In this document: positions 11,175-21,440 of the stretch, piece by piece
Position numbering within the stretch: the stretch's first letter is position 1
Layout of the letters: every line of letters begins with the position of its first letter
DNA from: Eutreptiella sp. 'Long Island Sound 2002'
Taxonomy: Eukaryota > Protista > Euglenida
NCBI GenBank assembly: GCA_964036045.1
Contig: OZ038379.1
Span: 32,798,001 to 32,862,000 of the forward strand
DNA length: 64,000 nt
Reading direction: 5' to 3'
Notes under the pieces: model-generated
Told to the model about the DNA's origin: nothing
What the model saw: the letters and a program-made list of their open reading frames with translations, nothing else
Databases searched by the model: none
Program-made: the position numbers and the translations under genes

Positions 11175-13761
11175 TTAGCGCTTGCGCAGACCAGATGCAC
11201 GGGGCTTCTTAGCACCTGTGTTAGCAGGCTGCTTGGCAGGGGCTGCAGCACCAGACTTGGCAGTGGCAGAGTTCTGTGACTGTGTGTTTCCACCCTGGGA
11301 TGGTGAAAAATGATTCACAAAAGTATTCATACCTTTGCCAGTAGGGGCAACAGTGCCTGAGGAGGAAGCTGGGGTGGCCTGAGCGCACTGCGTGCCACTG
11401 GGTGAGGGGGCAGGGGCAGTTTTGGGTTTCTTCTTTGGAGTCTGTGTCTCTGGTTGCGACTCTGCCTCCCCATCTTGCTCCTCAGGATCCTCATCTACAT
11501 ACCTAACCCCAGAACAATCCACAGGAAAACCTGCCCCCAAGTCGTGGTACACATCCTCCCATGACTTGGGGGGGCACGTGTCGGCGTTGGTGATACCTGC
11601 TCTGATGAGCTGAACAAAGTCATCGGGCACAACAGTCTCCTCACCCAAAAGGGCACACACAACATTACAGTCCTTGGAAAACCTGGTAGACATCATGCTT
11701 GCAAAATACACAGACAGAGTCCCCAGCAAAAACCAGTTGCCTGCCCGTTCTGGGACCGGAACCAGGCTCAAAAGAAATGAGAATATTTCAACAGGCATCA
11801 CAGACGACATGGGTCCTTCAGTAAAAGCCACGTAACGGGGAAGCCCATTATCAAAGGCAGTAGCAGAACAAATGGAAACCAGATGGGACGTAGAAGTGTA
11901 CAGCGGGGTCTTGCTTGACAAATTGTAAAGTGCAACATCACACTGATACATATCCTCAGCCACAGTGGCCTTCAAAGCAGCAACAATGGCTTTCACATCA
12001 GCAGACTCACCCGCAATGAACACAGGCACACCGGACAAAAGCAGCTGCGCAACCAGGTTATGCAAACCAGCTGTATAGAGGCGGGGCACCTCAATGACAC
12101 AAGCAGCAAAGGGCAGTGAACTAATGATACTGGGAACAGGGACTCCACAACGCATTGCCATCAGTTCCACACGGCCTGACTTTGCAATGAGTTTGCCTGT
12201 GCTTGACTCAACGAGGGACTCCCTAGCACACTGGATACTGACCAGACCAGTATCAGATTTTTCACAAACAGGCTTAGCAACAGGCTTCTGCAACAATCCC
12301 CGCAACCCCTCATATTTGGGTTCCTTCCAAAGAGGGGCCTTAATTACTGCTGACCACGGGGGCCAGGGGTTTTCTTCAGTCCAGGTCCAACTGCCATAGG
12401 CTACCTTCAGGTGTGATGCAATAGCGCACTGCCTTTTGGCCATCTCGATAGTACCAAGTGTAGCTGCAGACAGGTGGTAGCACAGGGTGGGCTCCTATTG
12501 TGCATTAATTGAACGACACACAAGCTGGCCGAAATTTCGGCCAGGTCGGTCGATTTATTCGAATACAAACCCCTGTTTGACCAAAACATACCTCTGGTGT
12601 TGTTCACAAGCCCATTGGTAGCCGCCTCGGGATGAAGAATGTGCCAGGACCACATCTGGGCCTTTTTAACATCTTTTATAATTTTTTGAGACCAGGTAGG
12701 GTACTTTTTGTCCCATCCATGTAACCTACGATCTCGCGAAGTCGGTCAGGCGTGATGCCTTCCACTTCCTTGAACGTACCCAGTGCGGGATGTAGTCCAC
12801 GCTTTTCCATGGCTGCCATGGCGTCTACTGAAGGAAGACCCACAAATTTCACCAAACGCCCAACGCCACCCCACCGTTTGGCAACAGCACTCTGCACAGG
12901 AGAACATGTGGAACACAGAAGCTGGCCGAAATTTCGGCCAGGTCGATCGACAAAACCGAATTAATAAATGAAACACACCACAGTGCCTTCCTCGGCAGTA
13001 ACACCACACTCTTCAAGCATAACAGTAATGTGATGGTACAGGGTGTACTCATTGGCATCCTCATCCTCAAGCCTATCCAGGAGTAGGGACATTCGCTCCG
13101 ATGTGGTGGATGCTGAGCCGGCAGTGGTCTGGATTTGATGTAAGCCTGCAAGCCGGCGCCTAGTCCGCAGGGGGCAGTCCTGTTTGACTTCATAACCACC
13201 AAATACCAGGGTCCAATCCGGAGTCTCCATATTTTTCATCTCAAATTCGGTCTTGTGTTTTTGGGCAGCAGTGTAAACATGCTGACCCCCCAAAAGAACC
13301 CAGCGAGTGGCTGTGCAACAGGAATATTCGTAACAGCAGGGTCGAAAATTCAGACGCGAAAACGGTACTATCGAGAAGAATACCACAACACACATACGAG
13401 TGACTTTATAAAAAAGAAGATCCTGGATGTAATCCACAGGCGGGGCTGCCTTCAGATCGTCGTAGCGACGTTGCACGCGATCATCCGAAATCCTACGGAC
13501 CTGCCCAAATTTTCGGTCGTGGTCGATAATAATCTGATCCCACCGAACCTTTATTTTCGTCGTTGACGTAACCCAGTCGGATAACTTGATGGAGGATGAT
13601 GAATTTTTCTTTGGTGCGGCCTTAGGCTTCTTTTGAAGTCCCTCTGTGCTCGCCTGGTCCTCTTGAGACTGGGATTGCACTTGAGATTGCCCATTGTCTG
13701 CTGCAGGCTCACCATCTGGCGAAACAGCCATGTCCTGCGATACCCCTCCAGGCTCAGTCAT
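11175..13761 (-). CDS. Accessory gene of element A: four exons, about 761 aa, N-terminal ParB/Sulfiredoxin-like domain, C-terminal alpha/beta domain and a basic tail
   Basis: Exons 13761-13398, 13310-12979, 12891-12592 and 12463-11175, joined by GT-AG introns 13311-13397 (87 nt), 12892-12978 (87 nt) and 12464-12591 (128 nt). All phases match if one A is restored in the A6 run at 12682-12687 (LKKIIKDVKK). ParB-like signature GQVRRISDDRVQRRYDDLKAAPP...WVLLGGQHVYTAAQK. Domain call is by eye. Confidence 0.75.
12525..12544. promoter_or_regulatory. 20-bp palindrome inside intron 3 of the accessory gene
   Basis: Perfect CTGGCCGAAATTTCGGCCAG within intron 12464-12591. Confidence 0.9.
12922..12941. 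promoter_or_regulatory. 20-bp palindrome inside intron 2 of the accessory gene
   Basis: Perfect CTGGCCGAAATTTCGGCCAG within intron 12892-12978. Confidence 0.9.
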
Positions 13762-13880
13762 AAAATAAAGGGCTACAAGGCAACATTTCATGAAGGGGAG
13801 AGTTCCCAGATAGCAAATAACAAGCACAGATCAACCAAAAAAGGACCAAAACGGACTGCCTGACAGGAAATTCGGATAAC

Positions 13881-14039
13881 CTGGCCGAAATTTCGGCCAG
13901 CACTGCTCTGCATGTCAAACCACTGTGTACAAATACCATTCTGAGAGGCTGGCCGAAATTTCGGCCAGAACCTTAAGTCATTTGTTTTCTGGGGCTAGCC
14001 ATATGACAAAACAACAAGTCTGGCCGAAATTTCGGCCAG
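13881..14039. promoter_or_regulatory. Intergenic array of three 20-bp palindromes
   Basis: Perfect copies at 13881, 13949 and 14020 (periods 68, 71) between the transposase stop and the accessory-gene start. Confidence 0.9.
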
Positions 14040-14131
14040 AAAAACATGAAACAGCAAATAGACACACCAAAATCACTGGCAATGCGTGGCAGAACCCATA
14101 CCACAGTGACAAACACAGCTGCAAACAGAAA

Positions 14132-16343
14132 TCAGTCCCAATCCTGGGTATCCACACCGATGTGTTCCGCCTCATCTAGGGCTTCAAAGGAGGCAACGCT
14201 GTCTGCATCACAATCAATATCCTGGTCACTATCACAAGAGTCGACAGCAATGGAATCATCAAGGGCGGGGGGGGGTACTGGGCGGGGGGGGGGGCGGGGG
14301 GGGTACTGGGGGGCCTCTGGCTCGGGGCTTCGGGGGTGGCTTTGGGGGCAAGGCAATTCCACCAGGAGCAGCAGCAGCAGCAGCAGGCGGTGCACGGTTG
14401 GCAGCGCGAATAGAAGCATGTGCAGTACGCAACACCCCTTGCTCGGCAGCAGTGCGGGCAGGTGCATTTGTCTGTAAAAAATCCTCAACACCCTCAGGAA
14501 CCCTGGTACGTGCAACCAGATTTTGCATTGCATGCAACAGAACCACTTTTAAACGGTCTGTGGTGATTCGTGTCCTGGACATGGTACCGGGGAACGTCAA
14601 ATCCTCAACTGCATCCAGTCTTCTCACCTCAACTTTATAGTCCGGAACGGGAACACAAATGGGCAGGCTCTGTGTATGGGCTGTCAAGATGAATTGTTTA
14701 AGATTGGCAGAGAACATTGCCACGGATCTCTCAGTCAGCACACCACGCAAAACTTTCTCTCCGGGTTGGACAGGGGGAAGTATCAGAAATAAATCAGACG
14801 ACTGTTGGACACTAGTACAGGCCGTGTTGCGGCGACAGTGGGCTGAGAACCGACTCAGAAGTGCCTCACCCAGCTCCTCAGAGTGGATACACCCTAGGGA
14901 GGCGGAATGCCACTGACTCCAAAACAAAAGAGCAACAGCGGTGGTTTTCACGTACTCCGTGGTTAACTGTTCCTCGGGCTTTAGGATGTTCAGCATGAGC
15001 AGTAGGGACATCTCAAGTGCCTGCTTAGCTACAATACCGGAACCTGCCCCCCGTCCCTCCCAGTTGCACTCACGAACCAAAGTCCCAATGCTGAAAGCAG
15101 CTGGACAGTATGTGTACAGCAAAGCCTTAAGGGCTAATAACATACGCAAACCCTTGCGCTGAATGGGTGTCAAGTCCCGCTGGCTATTGAGCACGGAAGT
15201 GACGCGCTCATCTAGTCTGCCTCTATTGGACGATGTGGCTAGCATGAGTCCAAGCAACGTCTTCTCCATATGGATGACCTTGACCTTGCGAGGGAGGATA
15301 GACCCAACCTGAAGGCTGTTCCCCTGCTCCAAAAACTTAATGAACGGCAGGAACGCCCTGTAGATCAATTCAACGCAATACTTATAGCTATGCCATACTC
15401 CGTACACCAAAGGAAAACCCAACAGTAATTGTGGTACATTCCAGGGAACATAAGCAGCACCATAACACAGCTTAAGTAGGGCAAAGTGTATTTTCATGTC
15501 CACAAGCAACGGAACACAGTGTCTGGTGCGGTGTTCCACACATGACAAATCAACCACGAGTTGCAAAAGCTCTTTGTGTGTGCCGGAGCGGAGCTCAGAC
15601 AGGAAAAAGGGTCTCCAGTTGAGGGAACGAACATCTTTTCTGGCAATATCCAAAGGAGCACGAACCCAAACTCTCTGAATACCTTGGTTGGCAACATCAA
15701 TACGATCAAACAATGCTCTATGTGAGCGAAAGATGTCATCAGCAACCTTTGGTACCCTGGCCTCAATTTCGGCCAGCTCCGGCAGACCCCGGTATGCAGG
15801 TAGGGCAGTAGTGTGCAAAACAGCAACAGCTGTACAGTTTAGGGTTAAGTCGGGTGAATGGGGATCAGCTCCCGACCTGTAACGCCTCAGGTTATCAAAC
15901 CATATACAAACTTGCCTACGGTGCATGGTGTTCCACAAGTTGTGTGCTGCTAGTCCAGCACGATGGTGAATGGACTCCTGCTTAGTGTTACACTGACCAA
16001 GGACTCCTACCTTACGGCGTTGGCGGCAGGACATAATACCCCAGTTGTAACCAGACCCCCAGTTAGAGTATGGGAGGGCCATACGGCGCAGCAGGCAGTA
16101 TAGGGCATGGAACTGTGACAAAAACGTCATGTACCATCGTGGGGGCTTCTTCTCAGTGGCGGCGGCCTTCAACTGTGTCAGGGAGTGCCGGCTCCTGCGA
16201 TTCTTCCGCAACAAGAGGCAGAATTGCAAAAGCTTTTGCAGAGTCCCACCACGTAATGCATTTCGCAACAGCCCTTTGGCTGTAGTAGCAAAAGCACCAG
16301 TAACTGCAGCATGTACAACATTGACAGTAATAGCAGAAGACAT
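14132..16343 (-). CDS. DDE transposase, distantly Transib/RAG1-like (RNase H fold)
   Basis: 694-aa ORF 14259-16343, with an acidic tail continuing to the 14132 stop after a frameshift in the G-runs at about 14265-14310. Candidate triad D150 (IWFDN), D282 (LVDMK), E493 (HSEELGEA, cf. Transib SEEAxEA); conserved H318 (YGVWH). Lies inside TIRs with a 5-bp TSD. Splice-acceptor-like cttgtctcag just upstream of the ATG. Confidence 0.8.
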
Positions 16344-16414
16344 TAATGCTGAGACAAGAAAACAGTTATGTAGGAGTGTATGGTGTAATACTCATGAACA
16401 ACGACAATTGCAAG

Positions 16415-16715
16415 CTGGCCGAGATTTCGGCCAGGTGTGTTCAAAGGGGAAATAATTGCTTACATGTTCAAAAATAGGAAAAGCTGGCCGAAATTTCGGC
16501 CAGCCCACCCAAAAACCAGAATATAAGTGCTTGAATAGTGAACAGACCAAAAAGCTGGCCGAAATTTCGGCCAGCCCTAAGAAAAATGAAAATAATCATG
16601 CCTATTCACCAAGAAACCAAAAAGCTGGCCGAAATTTCGGCCAGAAGGGTCAAAAACTGCATATACACATAGTTGTTTGCAACGTTACCCAAAACCTGGC
16701 CGAAATTTCGGCCAG
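16415..16715. promoter_or_regulatory. Subterminal array of five 20-bp palindromes with unique 49-51-bp spacers
   Basis: Starts 16415 (one mismatch), 16484, 16555, 16625, 16696; periods 69, 71, 70, 71. Confidence 0.9.
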
Positions 16716-16895
16716 CTTCAGAAAAACGTCAAATACAACACACTAGAAGACGGGGATACACAAGGCTAACACATCAACACGTATTTCAACGGGTGTCACA
16801 CAGCTCTGCCAACAACTTTGGTCACATACGTCAAACAACATACTCAAAGTAGAAATGTAGAATATTGTCAAATCGCGCGTATACGGGGTCCTAGA

Positions 16896-16920
16896 GGGTG
16901 GGCAACTTGTGACGCCTAAG
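16896..16920 (-). repeat. Right TIR of element A
   Basis: GGGTGGGCAACTTGTGACGCCTAAG followed by CAACA. Confidence 0.95.
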
Positions 16921-18169
16921 CAACACCAAGGCTAGGTCATGACCGGTCACCTAGCGGGGTGGCTAGTCCGCAACCTCTGGTTGGGCGCCCAGGGCCGGCT
17001 AGTTTTCCAGCGACCTTGCGCACAGCCAGAGGCAGGTGCCCTACTTGCGGCGGCCGCCGCCGCGGATCTAGTACGCCGGCTGCACAGCCAACCCACGCAA
17101 GTACGCACCCCTGAAGGCAAGCCGGAGGTCAAAAACGGACTTCCCGGGCGATCTATACGAGCACCCATGGCGCGTGCACTGCAACGGCCTCGTGCCAACC
17201 CTGGCCTTGTCCCAGCACAGGCGAATCAGCGGACAAGCTCTCCTGTATGTGTGGGTCAAGGGCTCACCGCATCTAGCACGGTGCATTGTGCGCCTCTTCC
17301 GGCCCCTGTGAGCGGCCAACATATCCGCCTGTGGTTCCTAGGGACCTTGCCGGTCACTGCCTCGCTTCACGCTGACCTCGCCGGCCGGAGTTTAGGGGGG
17401 GGGGGGACTGGCCTGTTGCCCCCTTGTTGATGACTATAATGTGATCCGGCCTGTAGGTGTTGAGTTGTGTAGGCCATGCATCGCTTTGGGTGCGCTGCAC
17501 TTCCTCTAGCCGTGGCTTCCCTAGGTTCTGCCCAGTTGACCGTTTTTATTTTGTATCTTTTCCCTTCTCTGTTGGGGTTTCTTTGGCGCTCCGTCTCTGT
17601 TGGTATTTACCCTGTGCGTGTAGCGCGCCGGGCATGGGTTACATGCACTGCAGATGGAGAGGGTGGGGTTGTGGCATTCCGACTGTAGCGAGTGGATGGA
17701 TGTGGGTGGGTGGGGGGGGGGGCGGGCACTGATTTCGGCATTCGGCGTTTGCCTGCAGCCGTGGTTTCCGCTACCACTCACCCTGCATCCGCAAGAGGGC
17801 GAGTCCAGGGCGAAGAATGAATTGTCAACTTTGGTTGCAGTATTCTTGTGCTCCGCCTTTGCACAAACTAGTTGAGCCTCGCCTCAACTTTTGTTTGCAC
17901 CTCCATACTTAGGCACTTTTTCTATTTTCTCCCGCCCCCCCCCCCCTGTGGTTGTGCCGTACCAAGCTTGCGAGCCGCACCGCAGAGCAGCATCCGTCCT
18001 TGTGAAACTAGTCATCCCGCGTGGTTCAAGACTGCCCTAACCGTGTTGCAGCAAGGCTTTAGGTGTATTGGTTCTGGGTCCGTAATAGTGTGGGGTCTCT
18101 GATGGTTGCGGAGAGGAAGATACCGCACCCGTCCACACTATCACCGGTACCGGTTGCGTAGACACACAA

Positions 18170-18578
18170 CACCACGCACCTTATAGGCATCTAGGTGACA
18201 CACCAGACGCTCCCAAACCTCTCAAGCGTGCAACTCGGCTCTTGCCTGCAACCCTGCATAAGTTAAATTGACCAAAAACATCGGATCGCTAGGTTGCAAA
18301 TCTTATGAGATCCACACGAGTCTTACCACCACACCCGAAGTCCAAAGACCCCTGGCCGGCGAGCGTAGCATTGCCCGCTGGTGCTGTAGGTGGCTGTGTG
18401 CCCTCAAAGATAGTACCTGAGCCAGTGCCGCCTCGCTATCACTGCAGATTGTGATGGGCAACATGCCCAAGTGCACAGCCAACCGCAACGCCCATGCCAC
18501 TGCATGCAATTGTGTTGTTTCCTGACTAGTGTATCTCTGGGGAGGGGGGAAGAAGGACCGGACGCCAAAGCAAGGCAC
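18170..18578 (-). pseudogene. RNase H domain remnant of a YR (DIRS-type) retrotransposon
   Basis: SQETTQLHAVAWALRLAVHLG...ICSDSEAAL...VRLVWIS*DLQPSDPM matches the E..A...A / D / WVPSxxNPAD pattern. Confidence 0.7.
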
Positions 18579-19299
18579 AAGTCCATGTCGGTGGCCTCGA
18601 CGGCGGCTAGCCTGATCCCGTGGGAAAGGGGGGCGGGGCGTGGTAGGGGCGGCAAACCTCCCACTTCCACCATAAAGCCAAGCTATACACGCAGGACATG
18701 GCCCAACATTCCGGACCGGTGCTCACACCCTGCGGCACCTCTGACCGGCCCGCGGGCAAATGCCGATGTCCACGCGGGTTGTTCTTCCCCCGGGAAGCGG
18801 GAGGGCTTGCCGCCGGATCTAGCTGGGCTAGCGCTTGCTGGTCCCACCATGAAGCTGCCGTCGGATTCGCCGCCAAATTATTTGCTGTCGTCGTGTGTGT
18901 CGACATCGGAGTTGACCAAGATGGGACCTTTGTGCTCCCCATTTGGCAGACATCCCCGCCGGCGCATCCCGCACTGGCCTAAGTGGCGCCCAATTGCACA
19001 ACAGCCTCAACGGGCACAGAAGTGGAGCAACGAACCACTGGTGGGTTTGTCGCCTCACGGAATGCATGACTTTGCACAACTGCTCGGTCAAGATAGTCCA
19101 GCAACCCCTTAGTAGCGGATTCTGTATCTAATCGGCTGTCGTCAGACTCGTGCGAGCGGCGCACCGCGCGGACCGCGCCCACGGATGCGGTTCGTGGCTG
19201 TGGTATCCTGCCCCCGGCAGGACGGGGACCTTGGCTTTTCCTCTTGGCCACTGTGCCCACAATTCGGGCCAAATCAGGATACATGGCACGGCCCCAAAT

Positions 19300-19983
19300 A
19301 GAAATGAGGCCCACGGGCGGTGGGACTTGGCTTGGCCCTTCACCCCGCTTCCACACGGGGAGGACAATGGGGGTAATGACCGCCGGATCCGTCCATCGGG
19401 TGGCAGATTGCACAGCGACCAACATGTGTTGCCACCGCCCCCCCCCCCCCATTTGAAGTGTGCCGGATGGGGTTTCCTGGTCTAGCACATCCTAGCCCCC
19501 ACCCTTGGCGAAGGGCGTGCCACCTAGCACTGGCATATGCCTGCCAGCAAGGCAGTCGGCCATGCCCGGCTCTAGACCCGACTCGCCTGCCTACCTAACC
19601 AGCATGTTAGACTTCTGACCACATCCCACCAAAAAGCCATGGGCCCCATCTCGCCCTTAGTCCGCGTACGTGGAGAGGGGTGAGGTGGCATACCCCTGGT
19701 CTCCTTTTTTTTAGCTGCAAAAATGGAAAGCCGCCGGAAGCACAATGTCGGCCACACGCGTAGTCACCACCTGCGTGAAGCGCAGGAAGCGAACCCGGGT
19801 GCGGTTTGCAAGAGCCTTGAGGAGGGGCCCAAACTTGGACTTGATCGCGTTCTCCACGAGGATGACTAGTACAGCCGGTGGAAGGTACGGCTTTGGTCTG
19901 GCTGACGTTGCCCCCGCACTAATCCTTTTGTGAAGGGTGGTCACGGCTGGGGCAATCCATTGCAAGTCCTCAACGGCACACAC
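19300..19983 (-). pseudogene. Tyrosine recombinase remnant
   Basis: ARPKPYLPPAVL...FLRFTQVVTTRVADI (box I-like) and GRWQHMLVAVQSATRWTDP (box II-like, catalytic Tyr lost); frameshifted. Confidence 0.55.
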
Positions 19984-20446
19984 GGCTGAGGTAATGCCTC
20001 AGATGGAGGGCACAGTTGCCCCTATGCGAGCGTGTTCCGCCAAGACGCCTACCAACGCCTCGGCGACAATAGACGGGCTCGTTTGCGCCGTGTAGGACAC
20101 CAGAGCACGTAGCCTAGAACCATACTAGGCCCTAGTACGCGGGTGCCACGACAGGATGGCACTTTTGTCTGGTGTACAGGGCTCATCCACGCTAGAGATC
20201 GAGCCGAGTGAGGTCTGCGAGCAGGGTGGCTATGTCGCGTTCCCCCACCCGGGGGCCTCAGACCTAGGGGAGGGATCCTGTAGCCAGGACCAGTGGGGGC
20301 ACTGAAAGTGCCAATGGCCACCCCCGGGGGAGCCACGCTGGGTGTAGCGCTGGCAGTCCCCGCTCGGTGGGGAGTGGACAGGGATCCACTCCCCTTGGTG
20401 TGTTTGCCATTGCAGCTCGCCCCCCACCACCCTGGACTTAACGCTC

Positions 20447-20728
20447 CTAGCTGTCCGCGAGGGCCTCTGTGGCCTGCTCTAGTGCGGTGTGTAGATGGTC
20501 GGCATGCTGGGCATCTACGGCTGACCCCGCGTAGCGTCTGGCATATGCCGACGGGGACTGATTGACGCCATCTGAAGTGCACCACGCTAGCTGCTCTGCC
20601 GGGTCCATCATGTCGTTGGCGACTTGGCCTTTGAACTCGACCGGCCGAGGAACCTCTCCGACTTCTCTTGCCTGCAGCCTGACGTAGGCTTTCAAATTGC
20701 AGCGGATAAGCCGCATCCACTGGGTCAA
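20447..20728 (-). pseudogene. gag-like ORF1 remnant
   Basis: 5'-most ORF of the segment; VTQWMRL resembles VTQWMGL in the 23372-23566 ORF of the neighbouring element. Confidence 0.35.
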
Positions 20729-21114
20729 CCAGGGGCGCTCTAGTGCCTTGTTCAGCCCGGGTACGGACAGGGGTGGGAGAGTCGGTCACTCCTTCACGAA
20801 TGCTCGGGCAAGCTGCTCAATTCCTCTGGCTTGCTCCACGGGTCTCTCCTTGATGGTCCCGTGCTAATGCGATTATGAGGCTGGTTGCATTTCATGCCCG
20901 TTCATGGCATTGGTTATAAAAAGAAGATAGAAAAACCGACTACGTATGGAGGTGCAAACAAAAGTTGAGGCGAGGCTCAACTAGTGGTTCAGAACGTTTC
21001 ACGGTTCTAACCTAATGGGTTGATCATTCCCATAAAGGGGCCCAAATGGTGCCCTTCAATTATGCGGTGTTGGGCTCAAAACTCCACACCCGTCATCTTC
21101 AAAGGGGACAGTCT

Positions 21115-21440
21115 CTAGGTGTGCCTCCCTTGGACGAAGGAAGTGGGTGATCGCAAATTTTCGATCCGCTGCCCTCCCACAAGCTCTACCTGTGCTTGTG
21201 GGAGAATGGTGTTCGGAGTGGCATCGTCGTGCTCCCCCCCCCCCCTCATCTGCTCTTGTTGGCCGACCCTGAACCTCCTTGCAGGCAACGGAATGCTGTA
21301 GCACATTCTGCGACCGATCTGTGCACAGTAGGGTAGGCTTGGTATGTGGCATGCGGCCATGCCGACCACATGCCCCAACCTGTTAGCCATTGCAGTGCTG
21401 GGGGGTTCTTGGGTGGTGGTGGGGGGGGGTGGCAGGCAAG
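21115..21440 (-). pseudogene. Possible decayed reverse transcriptase fragment
   Basis: RRMCYSIPLPARRFRVG and EHDD loosely resemble DLxNxFWSIxLP...FRV and YxDD. Confidence 0.3.

Larger units (their letters stand above)
10382..16920 (-). mobile_element. Element A: two-gene TIR DNA transposon (Transib/RAG1-like transposase plus ParB-like accessory gene), 6539 bp
   Basis: 25-bp TIRs (24/25 identical); 5-bp direct duplication CAACA at 10377-10381 and 16921-16925; internal DDE-type ORF; related copy with the same termini at 59003-61396. Confidence 0.92.
17867..20985 (-). mobile_element. 3.1-kb segment bounded by perfect 42-bp inverted repeats, containing decayed gag-like, tyrosine recombinase and RNase H fragments (VIPER/TATE-like order)
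   Basis: 17867-17908 is the exact reverse complement of 20944-20985; internal fragments lie on the minus strand in the order gag-like, YR, RH. Confidence 0.65.

Noticed and set aside
13762-13827. Upstream start of the 288-aa ORF (MLVICY...)
   Set aside because: Non-ATG start in pyrimidine-rich, acceptor-like sequence; the ATG at 13761 fits the exon phases.
16415-16715. CRISPR-like repeat-spacer array
   Set aside because: Eukaryotic context, no cas genes, 20-bp perfect palindromes with ~50-bp spacers, and the same motif occurs singly in introns; better explained as transposon-internal sites.
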